A stretch of 64,000 bases of DNA from an uncultured virus (IMG/VR IMGVR_UViG_2061766007_000680) (Duplodnaviria; Heunggongvirae; Uroviricota; Caudoviricetes). Positions within the stretch are counted from its first letter, which is position 1, and every line of letters begins with the position of its first letter. This document shows positions 9,729 to 18,188 of the stretch, piece after piece. The notes beneath the pieces are model-generated. The model searched no databases. It saw only the letters and a list, made by a program, of their open reading frames with translations, and was not told where the DNA came from. Location: IMG/VR virus record IMGVR_UViG_2061766007_000680, one strand, 5' to 3'. A program made the position numbers and the translations under genes.

Positions 9729-11060
9729 TTACGAAATTGCTTTTTTGTACTCATCAAGGAGTTTATCTAAGAACACTTCTCCGTTAAAACCCGCTTCAAG
9801 GAATTTTAAAAGGGTTGGATTATAACCACTAAGGTATATATTTCCATTTTTATCTGATGTCATCATTTCTGGCGATGTATAAGAACGTTCATTTAATGAC
9901 CACCAAACAATTTTAGTTTTGTAACCGTTTCTTTTCCACAATGCCTCCAACTCATCCTTAGATTGTCTGCTACCATAGTCGAACTCCATATCACTAAGTA
10001 CTACAAGGTACTCAGGTACATCATCCAACCCCTTGAGAAGTTCCATTACAGCGCCGAAGTCAGTGTTAGTGCAGTCGCCAGTATACATACTTGCAAGTTC
10101 TGTCTCATACTTAGAATCCTTGTTATAAGGGAAAGTTCCATAGTAGCCTCTTTGGCGTTGTGGCATTATACCCAACTTAATCAATTGTGGGTGGCTTGAG
10201 AAAGATACAACTGTATCAGGTGCATATGTACTGCATTTTGCAAGGTAGTGACCGATAGCCATAGCCTTACCGATGCAGTCGTTAACGTTACACATACTAC
10301 CGCTAGTATCAACGATTGGCAACCAGTTACCACTAATCTTCTCAAATTTGTCAAAGATAATATCAGCGTCAATTTTTTTACGATTACGGTAGATGTCGTA
10401 AACAGTGGCAGTTGACACCTTTATATCTTTAACACCCTTCTTAACGTCGTCAAGGTACATAGAGAAACGTTCTGAGGTGTCCTTACCTGTTTTGAAGCGC
10501 TTGAAATACTTCAACATAGCCAAAGAAGGAACATGTTCGAAATCGATCTCGTCAGTATTCTTTCTTGACAATTTGTTTTCAGTAGTGTTGCACTTAATAA
10601 AGTGGCCATACTCTTGCTTTGTCATACCCCAATATTTTGCAATAGACCAGGCGAGTAAGAAATTTTGAGAAGAGTAACGAGGCATCCATTTCTTCACCAA
10701 TTCGTTACCATTCTCAATTTCTTTCTTGGCATAATCAAGAACTTCTCTCGATAAACCAAAGACGGCAAACACGTCGTCGAAACGGCCAGCCTTAATTACG
10801 TTATCCAACGAAACATTAGCAAGTTTCATCAAACGACGACCAAGGTCACGTTTACCTAAACCGAAACGTGGGTCACGAATGAACATAGAGAAAAGTTTAT
10901 CCTTTTCAGTTGTACCAATAGTAACCTCATCCAAATGGTTTTGATAATACTCCGTTCCAAAGAGGGTGTTAAGATTTTGGTTAGTAAAACTAACCTTATC
11001 AAATGCAACATCACCGTTCTCAGTCAACTTCATCGAAAAAAGTTCTTCAAGTTTTGCCAT
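9729..11060 (-). CDS. DUF2828-type TROVE/Ro60-like protein with C-terminal vWA domain
   Basis: TENGD N-terminus, RDPRFGLGKR, KWMPR, VPSLAM, MIDAS-like VDTSGSM, TDF, LSDMEFD, IVWW, LSGY motifs. Confidence 0.8.
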   Translation of the reverse strand: MAKLEELFSMKLTENGDVAFDKVSFTNQNLNTLFGTEYYQNHLDEVTIGTTEKDKLFSMFIRDPRFGLGKRDLGRRLMKLANVSLDNVIKAGRFDDVFAVFGLSREVLDYAKKEIENGNELVKKWMPRYSSQNFLLAWSIAKYWGMTKQEYGHFIKCNTTENKLSRKNTDEIDFEHVPSLAMLKYFKRFKTGKDTSERFSMYLDDVKKGVKDIKVSTATVYDIYRNRKKIDADIIFDKFEKISGNWLPIVDTSGSMCNVNDCIGKAMAIGHYLAKCSTYAPDTVVSFSSHPQLIKLGIMPQRQRGYYGTFPYNKDSKYETELASMYTGDCTNTDFGAVMELLKGLDDVPEYLVVLSDMEFDYGSRQSKDELEALWKRNGYKTKIVWWSLNERSYTSPEMMTSDKNGNIYLSGYNPTLLKFLEAGFNGEVFLDKLLDEYKKAIS

Positions 11061-11098
11061 ATTTCAAATGTATTTTTTGTTAGTTGTTATTTTAAAAT

Positions 11099-11162
11099 TT
11101 CAAGAGTCAAATTCTTTATTTTGGATCATAATTTGTTTTTTCGTTTGCAGTAAGACTCTCAT
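11099..11162 (-). ncRNA. ACUGCAAA-motif small RNA unit A (5' leader of the DUF2828-type gene)
   Basis: Minus strand ATGAGAGTC-TTACTGCAAAC...GACTCTTGAA; stem GAGAGTC/GACTCTT. Confidence 0.7.
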
Positions 11163-11323
11163 CTCCACCCTAAAGAAAGAACCTGTTTACCGTCACGACT
11201 TAAATCAGTCCGTGTTTTTATAGTAAACTAGGATAAAGAATTCGGGTTGTTTTTATTTCGTTAATCAAATATACAATTTTATTTTGATAAATCATTATAA
11301 ATAAAATAAAAAAACAAAAAATT

Positions 11324-11530
11324 CTAAATTTGATCATTTTTTTTATCTAATTCGTAATCAACCCACATTTTTGTCTCTTTTAAGGTATATGAATGGGCAA
11401 ATCCGCAGCCAAATTCATCTACAGCCTCCCAACAGACTCTATGTTCGGGATTGTAATAACCTACACAGTTTATTTCTATCCCTCGATATAAATAATGCCC
11501 CGCACTTATTTTTTTACATCTGTGTTTCAT
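11324..11530 (-). CDS. hypothetical protein
   Basis: Small ORF, likely start MKHRCK, overlapping the upstream gene end. Confidence 0.55.
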   Translation of the reverse strand: MKHRCKKISAGHYLYRGIEINCVGYYNPEHRVCWEAVDEFGCGFAHSYTLKETKMWVDYELDKKNDQI

Positions 11531-12206
11531 TTTCTGAAAGTTTTTTGTTATACTCAATTACTTGTTGATCAATTTTTTCTTTAACCTCATTAAAACTAAT
11601 TGGGGTAAAGTTGTTTTTATCAACACCCACATCATATTGATACGGAAACAAATATTGTAAACGAGCAAAATCCTTTTTCAAAATTTCCTTAACTTCTTGG
11701 TTCTCTATATTCTCTATATTATAGTGTATATCTTGAGAATGTAGATGACCAAATAACTGCCATACAGGTTTTTGTTTGCGGTATGAACCTGCGTAACATA
11801 GGAATGGGAAGTGGTTCAAATAAATGAATTGGTCCTCGACGTAGATACTTTGCTGAAACGATACGGAATCAAATTTCTTCATGAATCCCTGTCTCAGATT
11901 CTTCATATCATGGTTCCCAATAAGCAAGTGCTTGTGTCCGTTAAGGTTGTCAAGGATAAAACTCCATGCGCCTGAACCGCCTAAGCAAAAGTCCCCAAGA
12001 ATGAAAACAGTATCGTCTTTCCCTACCTTACTATTCCAATTCATAATAATAGTCTCATTCATTTCTTCTATGTTTTTGAATGGTCTATTACAGAACCTAA
12101 TGATAGCCTCATGGAAGAAATGTAAATCCGACGTGAAAAATACATGATCCCCGTCGGTAAATTTTAAAACCTGTTTAGAAAAATATCTATTTACTATTTC
12201 GTCCAT
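11514..12206 (-). CDS. calcineurin-like metallophosphoesterase
   Basis: SDLHFFH, LGDF, GNHD, NHFP, GHLH motifs. Confidence 0.9.
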   Translation of the reverse strand: MDEIVNRYFSKQVLKFTDGDHVFFTSDLHFFHEAIIRFCNRPFKNIEEMNETIIMNWNSKVGKDDTVFILGDFCLGGSGAWSFILDNLNGHKHLLIGNHDMKNLRQGFMKKFDSVSFQQSIYVEDQFIYLNHFPFLCYAGSYRKQKPVWQLFGHLHSQDIHYNIENIENQEVKEILKKDFARLQYLFPYQYDVGVDKNNFTPISFNEVKEKIDQQVIEYNKKLSENETQM

Positions 12207-12268
12207 ATTTCAAATTTTTGCAAAATTACTGCTTTTATTTGACATATAAAAATTTTCAGGAAGAAAAA

Positions 12269-13138
12269 TTACACTTTATATATATATTCTGGTATCATAG
12301 CCCAATTAAAGAATGAAGCATGATTCTCAAGAGAATCTTTACCTCCATGCATTAGGAAAGTAGCAAGAGCACGCTCTGCAATATATCCAACAATACGAGA
12401 TTGCATTTTTACGTCATAGTATCCATGAAAACCGTCGTTTTTGATATACTTATCTTCATGTTCTTTAACATATCTTATACAATCATCTTCTGAATTAAAA
12501 CCTCTACGCTTTCTAAACTCATCCAATACGCCAAATATAAATTCACAATACTCCTCGAATAACTCAGTTGGCATTAAGAATAGAGAACATGGATAGAGAT
12601 ATTTAGCATTACACATTTTCTCATAGCCATCTACATAGTCTGGGTATTTATCCTTTATAATTTCACCTAACAAGTCTAAGTCATCAATGTTATGCCAAAA
12701 TTCGTACCACTCTCTATTGGTTGCAAGTTGGCCAGCGTTAGGCATTCCTGGATGCCAGCGTAGTTCAAATTTACGGTTAAGTATTATTTTATATTTAACA
12801 AACACGTCGTCGATGGTTGGCATTTTCTCAAACTCCATAAGTTCATTTTTGCTCGTTGTATACATACGGCGGTAATGGTTGAAACCAACATAGTCTTTCG
12901 TTGGATAGTTTTTCCATACCCAGTATATACCACTGTACTCATTGTACATTATATTCTTGTCAGCAATGTTTTTCTCAGTATAATCTCTGAATATCTCAAG
13001 GTCGGTATTAAAAACTTTTGCATCTTCATGGGAGGTAGTTAATACTTTATATACGTGATCTTTTGTTGCTGGTTTAAACGGAATATGACTATAGATGAAA
13101 ATATCTACATTACAATTTCTTAGTAAATTCGATGTCAT
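12269..13138 (-). CDS. DUF4422-like polysaccharide biosynthesis/glycosyltransferase protein
   Basis: YNEYSGIYWVWKN, YVGFNHYRR, YCEFIFGVL, RIVGYIAER motifs. Confidence 0.8.
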   Translation of the reverse strand: MTSNLLRNCNVDIFIYSHIPFKPATKDHVYKVLTTSHEDAKVFNTDLEIFRDYTEKNIADKNIMYNEYSGIYWVWKNYPTKDYVGFNHYRRMYTTSKNELMEFEKMPTIDDVFVKYKIILNRKFELRWHPGMPNAGQLATNREWYEFWHNIDDLDLLGEIIKDKYPDYVDGYEKMCNAKYLYPCSLFLMPTELFEEYCEFIFGVLDEFRKRRGFNSEDDCIRYVKEHEDKYIKNDGFHGYYDVKMQSRIVGYIAERALATFLMHGGKDSLENHASFFNWAMIPEYIYKV

Positions 13139-13952
13139 TTTTCTTTAAGTATTTTATTTTAGCGTCTGTTATTCTGTTATAAATGAAAAAATCTTCAATT
13201 GGATAGTATGCTACATTAGCGGAAGGAACGCAATCGGCGTGTTTATTCTTCATTTTCTTGTTTACCCATTCTTCGAGTGATTTAGTATAGAAATGACGTA
13301 TATATAATACATTATAATCCATATTCTCGTTAAATGGGGACGATTTATGTAAGGCCGTACCATCTGGAGAATAATATTCTAAATATTCATGTACATTATG
13401 CGGGCATGTTCTAAAGTTTGCTTGAACATCCTTGTGAAGTATGGATTTTATATGATAATCCTCAGGCATGTTATAGTGGAATTTAAAATCTAATGGCTTC
13501 GGTATTTTAAATCGATCAACAACATCTCCCGTACCAGCATATACCCTCTCATTATCCCCATATACCATCCAATTCACAGCATATGCTTTAATATCATGAT
13601 TAAAATTAAGAAAATCTTTGATGTTATCAAATTTAGAATCTTCAGCAAATGTTAAGAATTCGTCACAATCGATAAACGCACACCATTCATAATCGTAGTT
13701 ATGGATAACGTCGTTATAAAATGGCATTTGTTTTGCCACTTGGCCTCTTAGGTTGATTATTTCAACTTCACCCCATTCAATATTATCTGCTAATACCTCA
13801 TCATACGTTTCCCCATCCAAATCGTTATTGTCACCGATTATTATTTTATCAAATCCAAGGTCTAGATGGTATTCAACAAACTCTTTGATGTATTTGAGTT
13901 CGTTTTTACATATACAACATACTATATACGGCCTCTTATTCATATTGTTCAA
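13110..13952 (-). CDS. GT-A fold glycosyltransferase (GT2/GT92-like)
   Basis: KNELKYIKEFVEYHLDLGFD, DNN, WCAFIDCDEF (DxD), HFYTKS. Confidence 0.85.
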   Translation of the reverse strand: MNNMNKRPYIVCCICKNELKYIKEFVEYHLDLGFDKIIIGDNNDLDGETYDEVLADNIEWGEVEIINLRGQVAKQMPFYNDVIHNYDYEWCAFIDCDEFLTFAEDSKFDNIKDFLNFNHDIKAYAVNWMVYGDNERVYAGTGDVVDRFKIPKPLDFKFHYNMPEDYHIKSILHKDVQANFRTCPHNVHEYLEYYSPDGTALHKSSPFNENMDYNVLYIRHFYTKSLEEWVNKKMKNKHADCVPSANVAYYPIEDFFIYNRITDAKIKYLKKNDIEFTKKL

Positions 13953-14131
13953 ATAACCTCAAAATCACTATCAGATACAGTTGTAATAAACTTATCTGTT
14001 ATATTTTTACCTCTAAAAATTGCAACGGTATATGTGTCAACGTTTTTGTATTGAAACTTGTTTTCCACAATACCCTCACTTCCTACAAAAAGGCCTCGTT
14101 TAATTAGAACTTTACTACCAATCTTATCCAT
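13949..14131 (-). CDS. small KOW-motif protein
   Basis: IGSKVLIKRGLFVGSEGIV matches the KOW pattern. Confidence 0.55.
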   Translation of the reverse strand: MDKIGSKVLIKRGLFVGSEGIVENKFQYKNVDTYTVAIFRGKNITDKFITTVSDSDFEVI

Positions 14132-14136
14132 AGTTA

Positions 14137-14715
14137 TTATTTAATTTTTCTTTTATTTATTACCGAAACAACCTCATTAGCCTGACGAATAACAAAGGCT
14201 AATATGTTAGAGAAGAATTTTGAATAGGCGTCATCTTCTTTGGATTTATCTACAATCCTAATTGCTTCAAACTCGTCCTCTGTTAATACGACACCAGCCT
14301 GCATTAATAAGAATAAAGCACGTTCACCACAACGTAATGCGGTATCTTGATCAATAAATTTATAGATAAAACCTCTATTCTTTACTTCCCATTCATTGTC
14401 GTTTTCTACATACATAGTAACTTTGGCAATATGCTGAAGTAAAGCAACTCTATAAATGCTTTTATTATCTACTCGTAAATGCTCTGGCAAAGTTTCGTTG
14501 ATCTTTTTAGCATATTCAGCAATAGCAATTGCGTTTTCAACAAATGCACCTGGATATGCACTACCAGAATCCTCAGACATACCAAAAGTGGCATTCATGA
14601 CTTTATCATCACCTCCGAGTAATTCAATAACTTTATTTGCACCATCTGGTGTTATGAGATTGCTTAAAAACCTCTTGTAATTAACGTAGTTATTAACTTT
14701 TATATCTTCTGTCAT
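14137..14715 (-). CDS. degenerate HD-domain-like protein
   Basis: AYPGAFVENA...VALLQHIAKV resembles HD hydrolases with metal ligands altered. Confidence 0.5.
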   Translation of the reverse strand: MTEDIKVNNYVNYKRFLSNLITPDGANKVIELLGGDDKVMNATFGMSEDSGSAYPGAFVENAIAIAEYAKKINETLPEHLRVDNKSIYRVALLQHIAKVTMYVENDNEWEVKNRGFIYKFIDQDTALRCGERALFLLMQAGVVLTEDEFEAIRIVDKSKEDDAYSKFFSNILAFVIRQANEVVSVINKRKIK

Positions 14716-14879
14716 AATAATTAAATTTTAATACAATGCAAATATACAATATTTTTTCTAAGTATTATAATATCTGATCTTATATACATACTATTATGCT
14801 ATTGTGTTTTGATCTTTAAAATTTTTTATGTATATTTGTTTAAGAAAGTCTTACACACGCGTATATTATAAGGAGTGTG

Positions 14880-14933
14880 AAGTAAAGCGGTTTTGCTTGA
14901 CAAATGAAAAGTAAAGCGGATCCGCTTGACAAA
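14880..14933 (+). repeat. tandem direct repeat AAGTAAAGCGGnnnnGCTTGACAAA (2 copies, 29-bp period)
   Basis: Copies at 14880-14904 and 14909-14933 in a divergent intergenic region. Confidence 0.85.
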
Positions 14934-14970
14934 ATTAGGTAAAATAATAACAATATAAATTTAAAATAAT

Positions 14971-15447
14971 ATGGCAAAGTATTCAAGAGATTTAGATGAA
15001 AACCTTGTTAATAAGGTTAAAAATTTGGCCGCAACATACGGCTTATCAAACCCAGAGATTGAAATTTGGGCACTTGGACTTAACAAAGTAGGAAATAATG
15101 TATGCGAGATTGTTAAAGGTAATGACCTTGTAAACATGAAAGCAGGTAAAAACGTAGTAGCGCTTGCATTACTTGAGGAAGCATTTATGAGTGTGGATGA
15201 GAAAACTCAAAATATGTGGATTGAAAGTGCATTATCGCAAATCTACTATGATTCAAAAAAAGAAAAGATCAAAATTGAGAAGCCAGAAATTACTGTTACC
15301 GCAGGCATGTATAATAAATATAAAGGTATAGCAGTTGACATGGCAGTACTTGCTCAATTGACACTCGAACAGATTAAAGAGCGTGAAAAAGAGCATAAGG
15401 AACAAGAAAAATTACTGAGAAAAGAAAAAAAATCGAAAAAAAATTAA
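14971..15447 (+). CDS. hypothetical protein (phage metallopeptidase-like, apparently lacking HExxH)
   Basis: 158 aa ORF; fold guess is weak. Confidence 0.5.
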   Translation: MAKYSRDLDENLVNKVKNLAATYGLSNPEIEIWALGLNKVGNNVCEIVKGNDLVNMKAGKNVVALALLEEAFMSVDEKTQNMWIESALSQIYYDSKKEKIKIEKPEITVTAGMYNKYKGIAVDMAVLAQLTLEQIKEREKEHKEQEKLLRKEKKSKKN

Positions 15448-15657
15448 ATTTTTCTGTACTTTTTAAAAATTAATTATATTTATTAATTGAATTATTAGAA
15501 AAAGGTTTTTAAAACGTGAAACAAATAAGTTTAAATATTGCAGTGATGTCAAGACATAATGATCAAGAAACATTATGCCCAGCATCACGCACCCTTGAAC
15601 TCTAATTGTCAACGTTTGATAGTATACCTTTAGTGAACATAAAAAAATACTATAATG

Positions 15658-15694
15658 AATATCCTATCAGACACAAAATGATAGGATATTTTTT
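15658..15694 (+). terminator. intrinsic terminator
   Basis: AATATCCTATCA-GACACAAAA-TGATAGGATATT followed by a T run. Confidence 0.75.
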
Positions 15695-15745
15695 ATCAAA
15701 CTATATCTGATCAAAAGAAAAATTATAAAAAATGTAAAATTTTTA

Positions 15746-15796
15746 CCCCAAAATTTTTATATTCCAAAAAATTGTTGTACTTTTGCATCAGATTTG
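15746..15796 (+). promoter_or_regulatory. Bacteroidota-type promoter driving the tRNA region
   Basis: CCCCAAAATTTTTATATT...GTACTTTTGCATCAGATTT; -7 TAnnTTTG at 15778-15785; near-identical copy at 16507-16554. Confidence 0.8.
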
Positions 15797-15848
15797 AAAA
15801 ACGAACGGTGGTTCGTAACTTTAAAAGAAAGTGTTCTTTGAAAAAACT

Positions 15849-16397
15849 GCCCTGATAATTCAATGGATAGAATAAAATCCTTCAAGTAGTTGAATGTTAG
15901 TCAATTATAGGAGTGCTATGGCGAGAAATCCCATAGTAGAACCTCCCTAATTCGGTGGAAGTCTGTTGAAATAAACAAAGGCTAACCAATAATGCCTACA
16001 GATAATACCGAGCCAATGTTATTAGTTTTTAACAGGATTAACAGTTAGAACCTGTAGACTAAGAGACAGTGTGTAGAGACTATACAGGAGGGACCTAAGT
16101 TGGAATTAAGCAGTAAGTAAGCCAAAGTAGTAAAGACATTGAGGAGTACAGTATAATATGGTACACTTACTTTGGAAAAATAATAGGTGAATTACTGCAG
16201 AGCAGGATATCCAATTCCAATATGGTTAAGATAGAGTCCAGACTACAACAAATATATTCTTATAAGTAGAACCCTGGTAATGGCGGGGAGTCCTAAGCAC
16301 TTGAATTAACAAGGAAACACTGCGGAATATATTTGACCATGGAAACATGGAGTAGTATGCTAAGATTGAAATCTAGGTTCGATTCCTAGTCGGGGTA
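15849..16397 (+). tRNA. tRNA-Arg(UCU), intron-split (exons 15849-15882 and 16360-16397)
   Basis: Joined exons give acceptor GCCCTGA/TCGGGGT, anticodon arm AATC-CT-TCT-AA-GATT, T arm CTAGG-TTCGATT-CCTAG. Confidence 0.85.
15883..16359 (+). mobile_element. group I self-splicing intron, 477 nt, no ORF
   Basis: Exon ends in U, intron ends in G; P AATTCGGTGGAA (15949), Q AATACCGAGCC (16004), R GTAGAGACTATA (16073), S AAGATAGAGTCC (16228); P3 CCTCC/GGAGG. Confidence 0.88.
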
Positions 16398-16404
16398 CAA
16401 ATAT

Positions 16405-16485
16405 AGCGGATGAATGAAACGGATATACAAATCATGCATGTCTCATAAGCATCGCAATACCGAGTTCGACTCTCGCGATCCGCTA
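16405..16485 (+). tRNA. tRNA-Met(CAU), atypical (long D loop)
   Basis: Acceptor AGCGGAT/ATCCGCT, loop CT-CAT-AA, T arm CGAG-TTCGACT-CTCG. Confidence 0.7.
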
Positions 16486-16785
16486 CTAAAAATGAAAATT
16501 TTTGCTCCAAAATTTTTATATTCGAAAAATTTGTTGTACTTTTGCAGCAGATTTCGAGACAAGCAAGTTTTACGAGCAGTTTTCGAAGATGATCTTTGAC
16601 GTATTGGCTAAAGAAAATTAAATTGATTATTTTTTCCTGATCATTCTAAGCCCAAAGGAGTGCCTACATAGGTGCGTACATGGGTAGGTGATCGGAAACT
16701 ATATATGGAACGATTGAGATTTTTAATTTTGATCAACAGATATGTTAGTTCCACGTCGTGAAACGCATTTTAACTATCTACTTCT

Positions 16786-16935
16786 ATAAAGATGAAACAG
16801 TTCAGGTCCAATCGGCTATCAAAGTATGTGAGGAAAGTGAGGTTGGGACAAACATACAAGTGTATGAAATATAGCACATGTCCTTTGCATTTAAAGTGAT
16901 TATGAAACATGAATCCGCTTTGGTTATATCTTTAT
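16786..16935 (+). ncRNA. possible miniature RNase P-like RNA
   Basis: Terminal helix ATAAAGAT/ATCTTTAT; GAGGAAAGT (CR-I-like); ACATGAATCCGCTT (CR-V-like); bulged P4-like pairing. Confidence 0.35.
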
Positions 16936-16938
16936 CAT

Positions 16939-17024
16939 GCTGCTGTGGCGAAATTGGTAGACGCACTAGACTTAAGATCTGGCGGGCAGTGATGTTCATA
17001 TCGGTTCGATTCCGATCAGCAGTA
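16939..17024 (+). tRNA. tRNA-Leu(UAA)
   Basis: GCTGCTG/CAGCAGT acceptor, CTAGA-CT-TAA-GA-TCTGG, long variable arm. Confidence 0.92.
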
Positions 17025-17106
17025 CTTTTATTTAAAAAAACTTCATTTTAACCTTGATTTTTTAATTTTAACAAGTATTTTTATATAAAGAATAAATAAT
17101 ATTGTT

Positions 17107-18141
17107 ATGATTAAGTTTAATGGAGTTGTATATACGAAAGAAGATATACAGAAAATAGTAAAAGAATCTACTTCTATAAGTGAAGTTTTAAGAAAAGTAC
17201 ATGTTAGTGATAGAGGTGGCAATCATCAGAGATTAAAAAAATACCTATCTGAAAATAATATAGATAATACAACACTTGTTGGAAGAAAAATATGTAGAGT
17301 TAAAAGACTTGGAATTCCAAAGAAAAGGCTAAGCCAAGTGTTAGTTAAACATAGTACTGGTAATTCTAATTCATTAAGAAATCGCCTATTAGCAAATGGA
17401 ATAAAAACTTGGGTTTGTGAAAAATGTGGAAACTCAGTTTATGATGGAGAACCAATACCATTAGAATTACATCATGTTAATGGGGATCATTTTGATAATC
17501 GTTTAGAGAACTTATTATTATTATGTCCTATATGTCACTCAAAGACTAGTAATTTTAGAGGTAAAAATAACCAGTATGATAAAGTTTTAAGTGATATTGC
17601 TAAGAAGAATTCAGAGGGTAAATTAGAAAAACTCTTAGAAAAAGAAAGTTTAGAAAAACAAATTTATACCCTTAAAAAGATTGAAAGAGGCGAAATAACT
17701 TTAACTAAACAAAACAAAACAAATATTAAACAATATTGTGAATGTTGTGGAAAAGAAATAACAAAAAGGGGAAGAAAAAAATATTGTTCTACAGAGTGTG
17801 CTAAAAAAATGCTTAAACGAAATGAGTATAATAAAGAAAAATTAATTAATGACTCAAAAACAGTACACTCAATGATTGAGTTTGGTAAACTTTATAAAAT
17901 TTCGTATAATGCAATAAAAAAACATTTAAAACAATTAGACATACTTGATATTTGCAAAAGTAATTTTATACCCTATAGGAATGAGATATTACAATATACG
18001 ATATCAGGTGATTTTGTTAAAGAATGGAAAAATTCAAGTGAGATTGAAAAAGAGTTAGGTATTAAAAAACAAAATATTAATAGTTGCGCTAACGGGGAAA
18101 GAAAATCATCAAACGGTTACATTTGGAGATATAAAATCTAG
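17107..18141 (+). CDS. HNH homing endonuclease with C-terminal NUMOD1-like HTH
   Basis: CEKCG...LELHHVNGDHFDNRLENLLLLCPICH; C-terminal ILQYTISGDFVKEW...GYIWRY. Confidence 0.88.
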   Translation: MIKFNGVVYTKEDIQKIVKESTSISEVLRKVHVSDRGGNHQRLKKYLSENNIDNTTLVGRKICRVKRLGIPKKRLSQVLVKHSTGNSNSLRNRLLANGIKTWVCEKCGNSVYDGEPIPLELHHVNGDHFDNRLENLLLLCPICHSKTSNFRGKNNQYDKVLSDIAKKNSEGKLEKLLEKESLEKQIYTLKKIERGEITLTKQNKTNIKQYCECCGKEITKRGRKKYCSTECAKKMLKRNEYNKEKLINDSKTVHSMIEFGKLYKISYNAIKKHLKQLDILDICKSNFIPYRNEILQYTISGDFVKEWKNSSEIEKELGIKKQNINSCANGERKSSNGYIWRYKI

Positions 18142-18187
18142 ATATATAAAGCAAGGGATCTTGAGTTCAAATCTCTCTATCTAGACA
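18137..18187 (+). pseudogene. internally deleted copy of tRNA-Pro
   Basis: TCTAGATAT plus AAGCAAGGGATC..GAGTTC.A.TCTCTCTATCTAGACA matches the ends of tRNA-Pro at 18915-18990 but lacks the D arm and most of the anticodon arm. Confidence 0.75.
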
Positions 18188-18188
18188 A

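Noticed and set aside
15803..15835. preQ1-I riboswitch-like GGTGGTTCGTAAC
   Set aside because: The complementary P1 3' strand and A-rich tail are missing
15849..16397. Spliced product as an amber suppressor with CUA anticodon
   Set aside because: It would require a 6-nt anticodon loop; splicing after 15882 gives a canonical 7-nt loop with UCU
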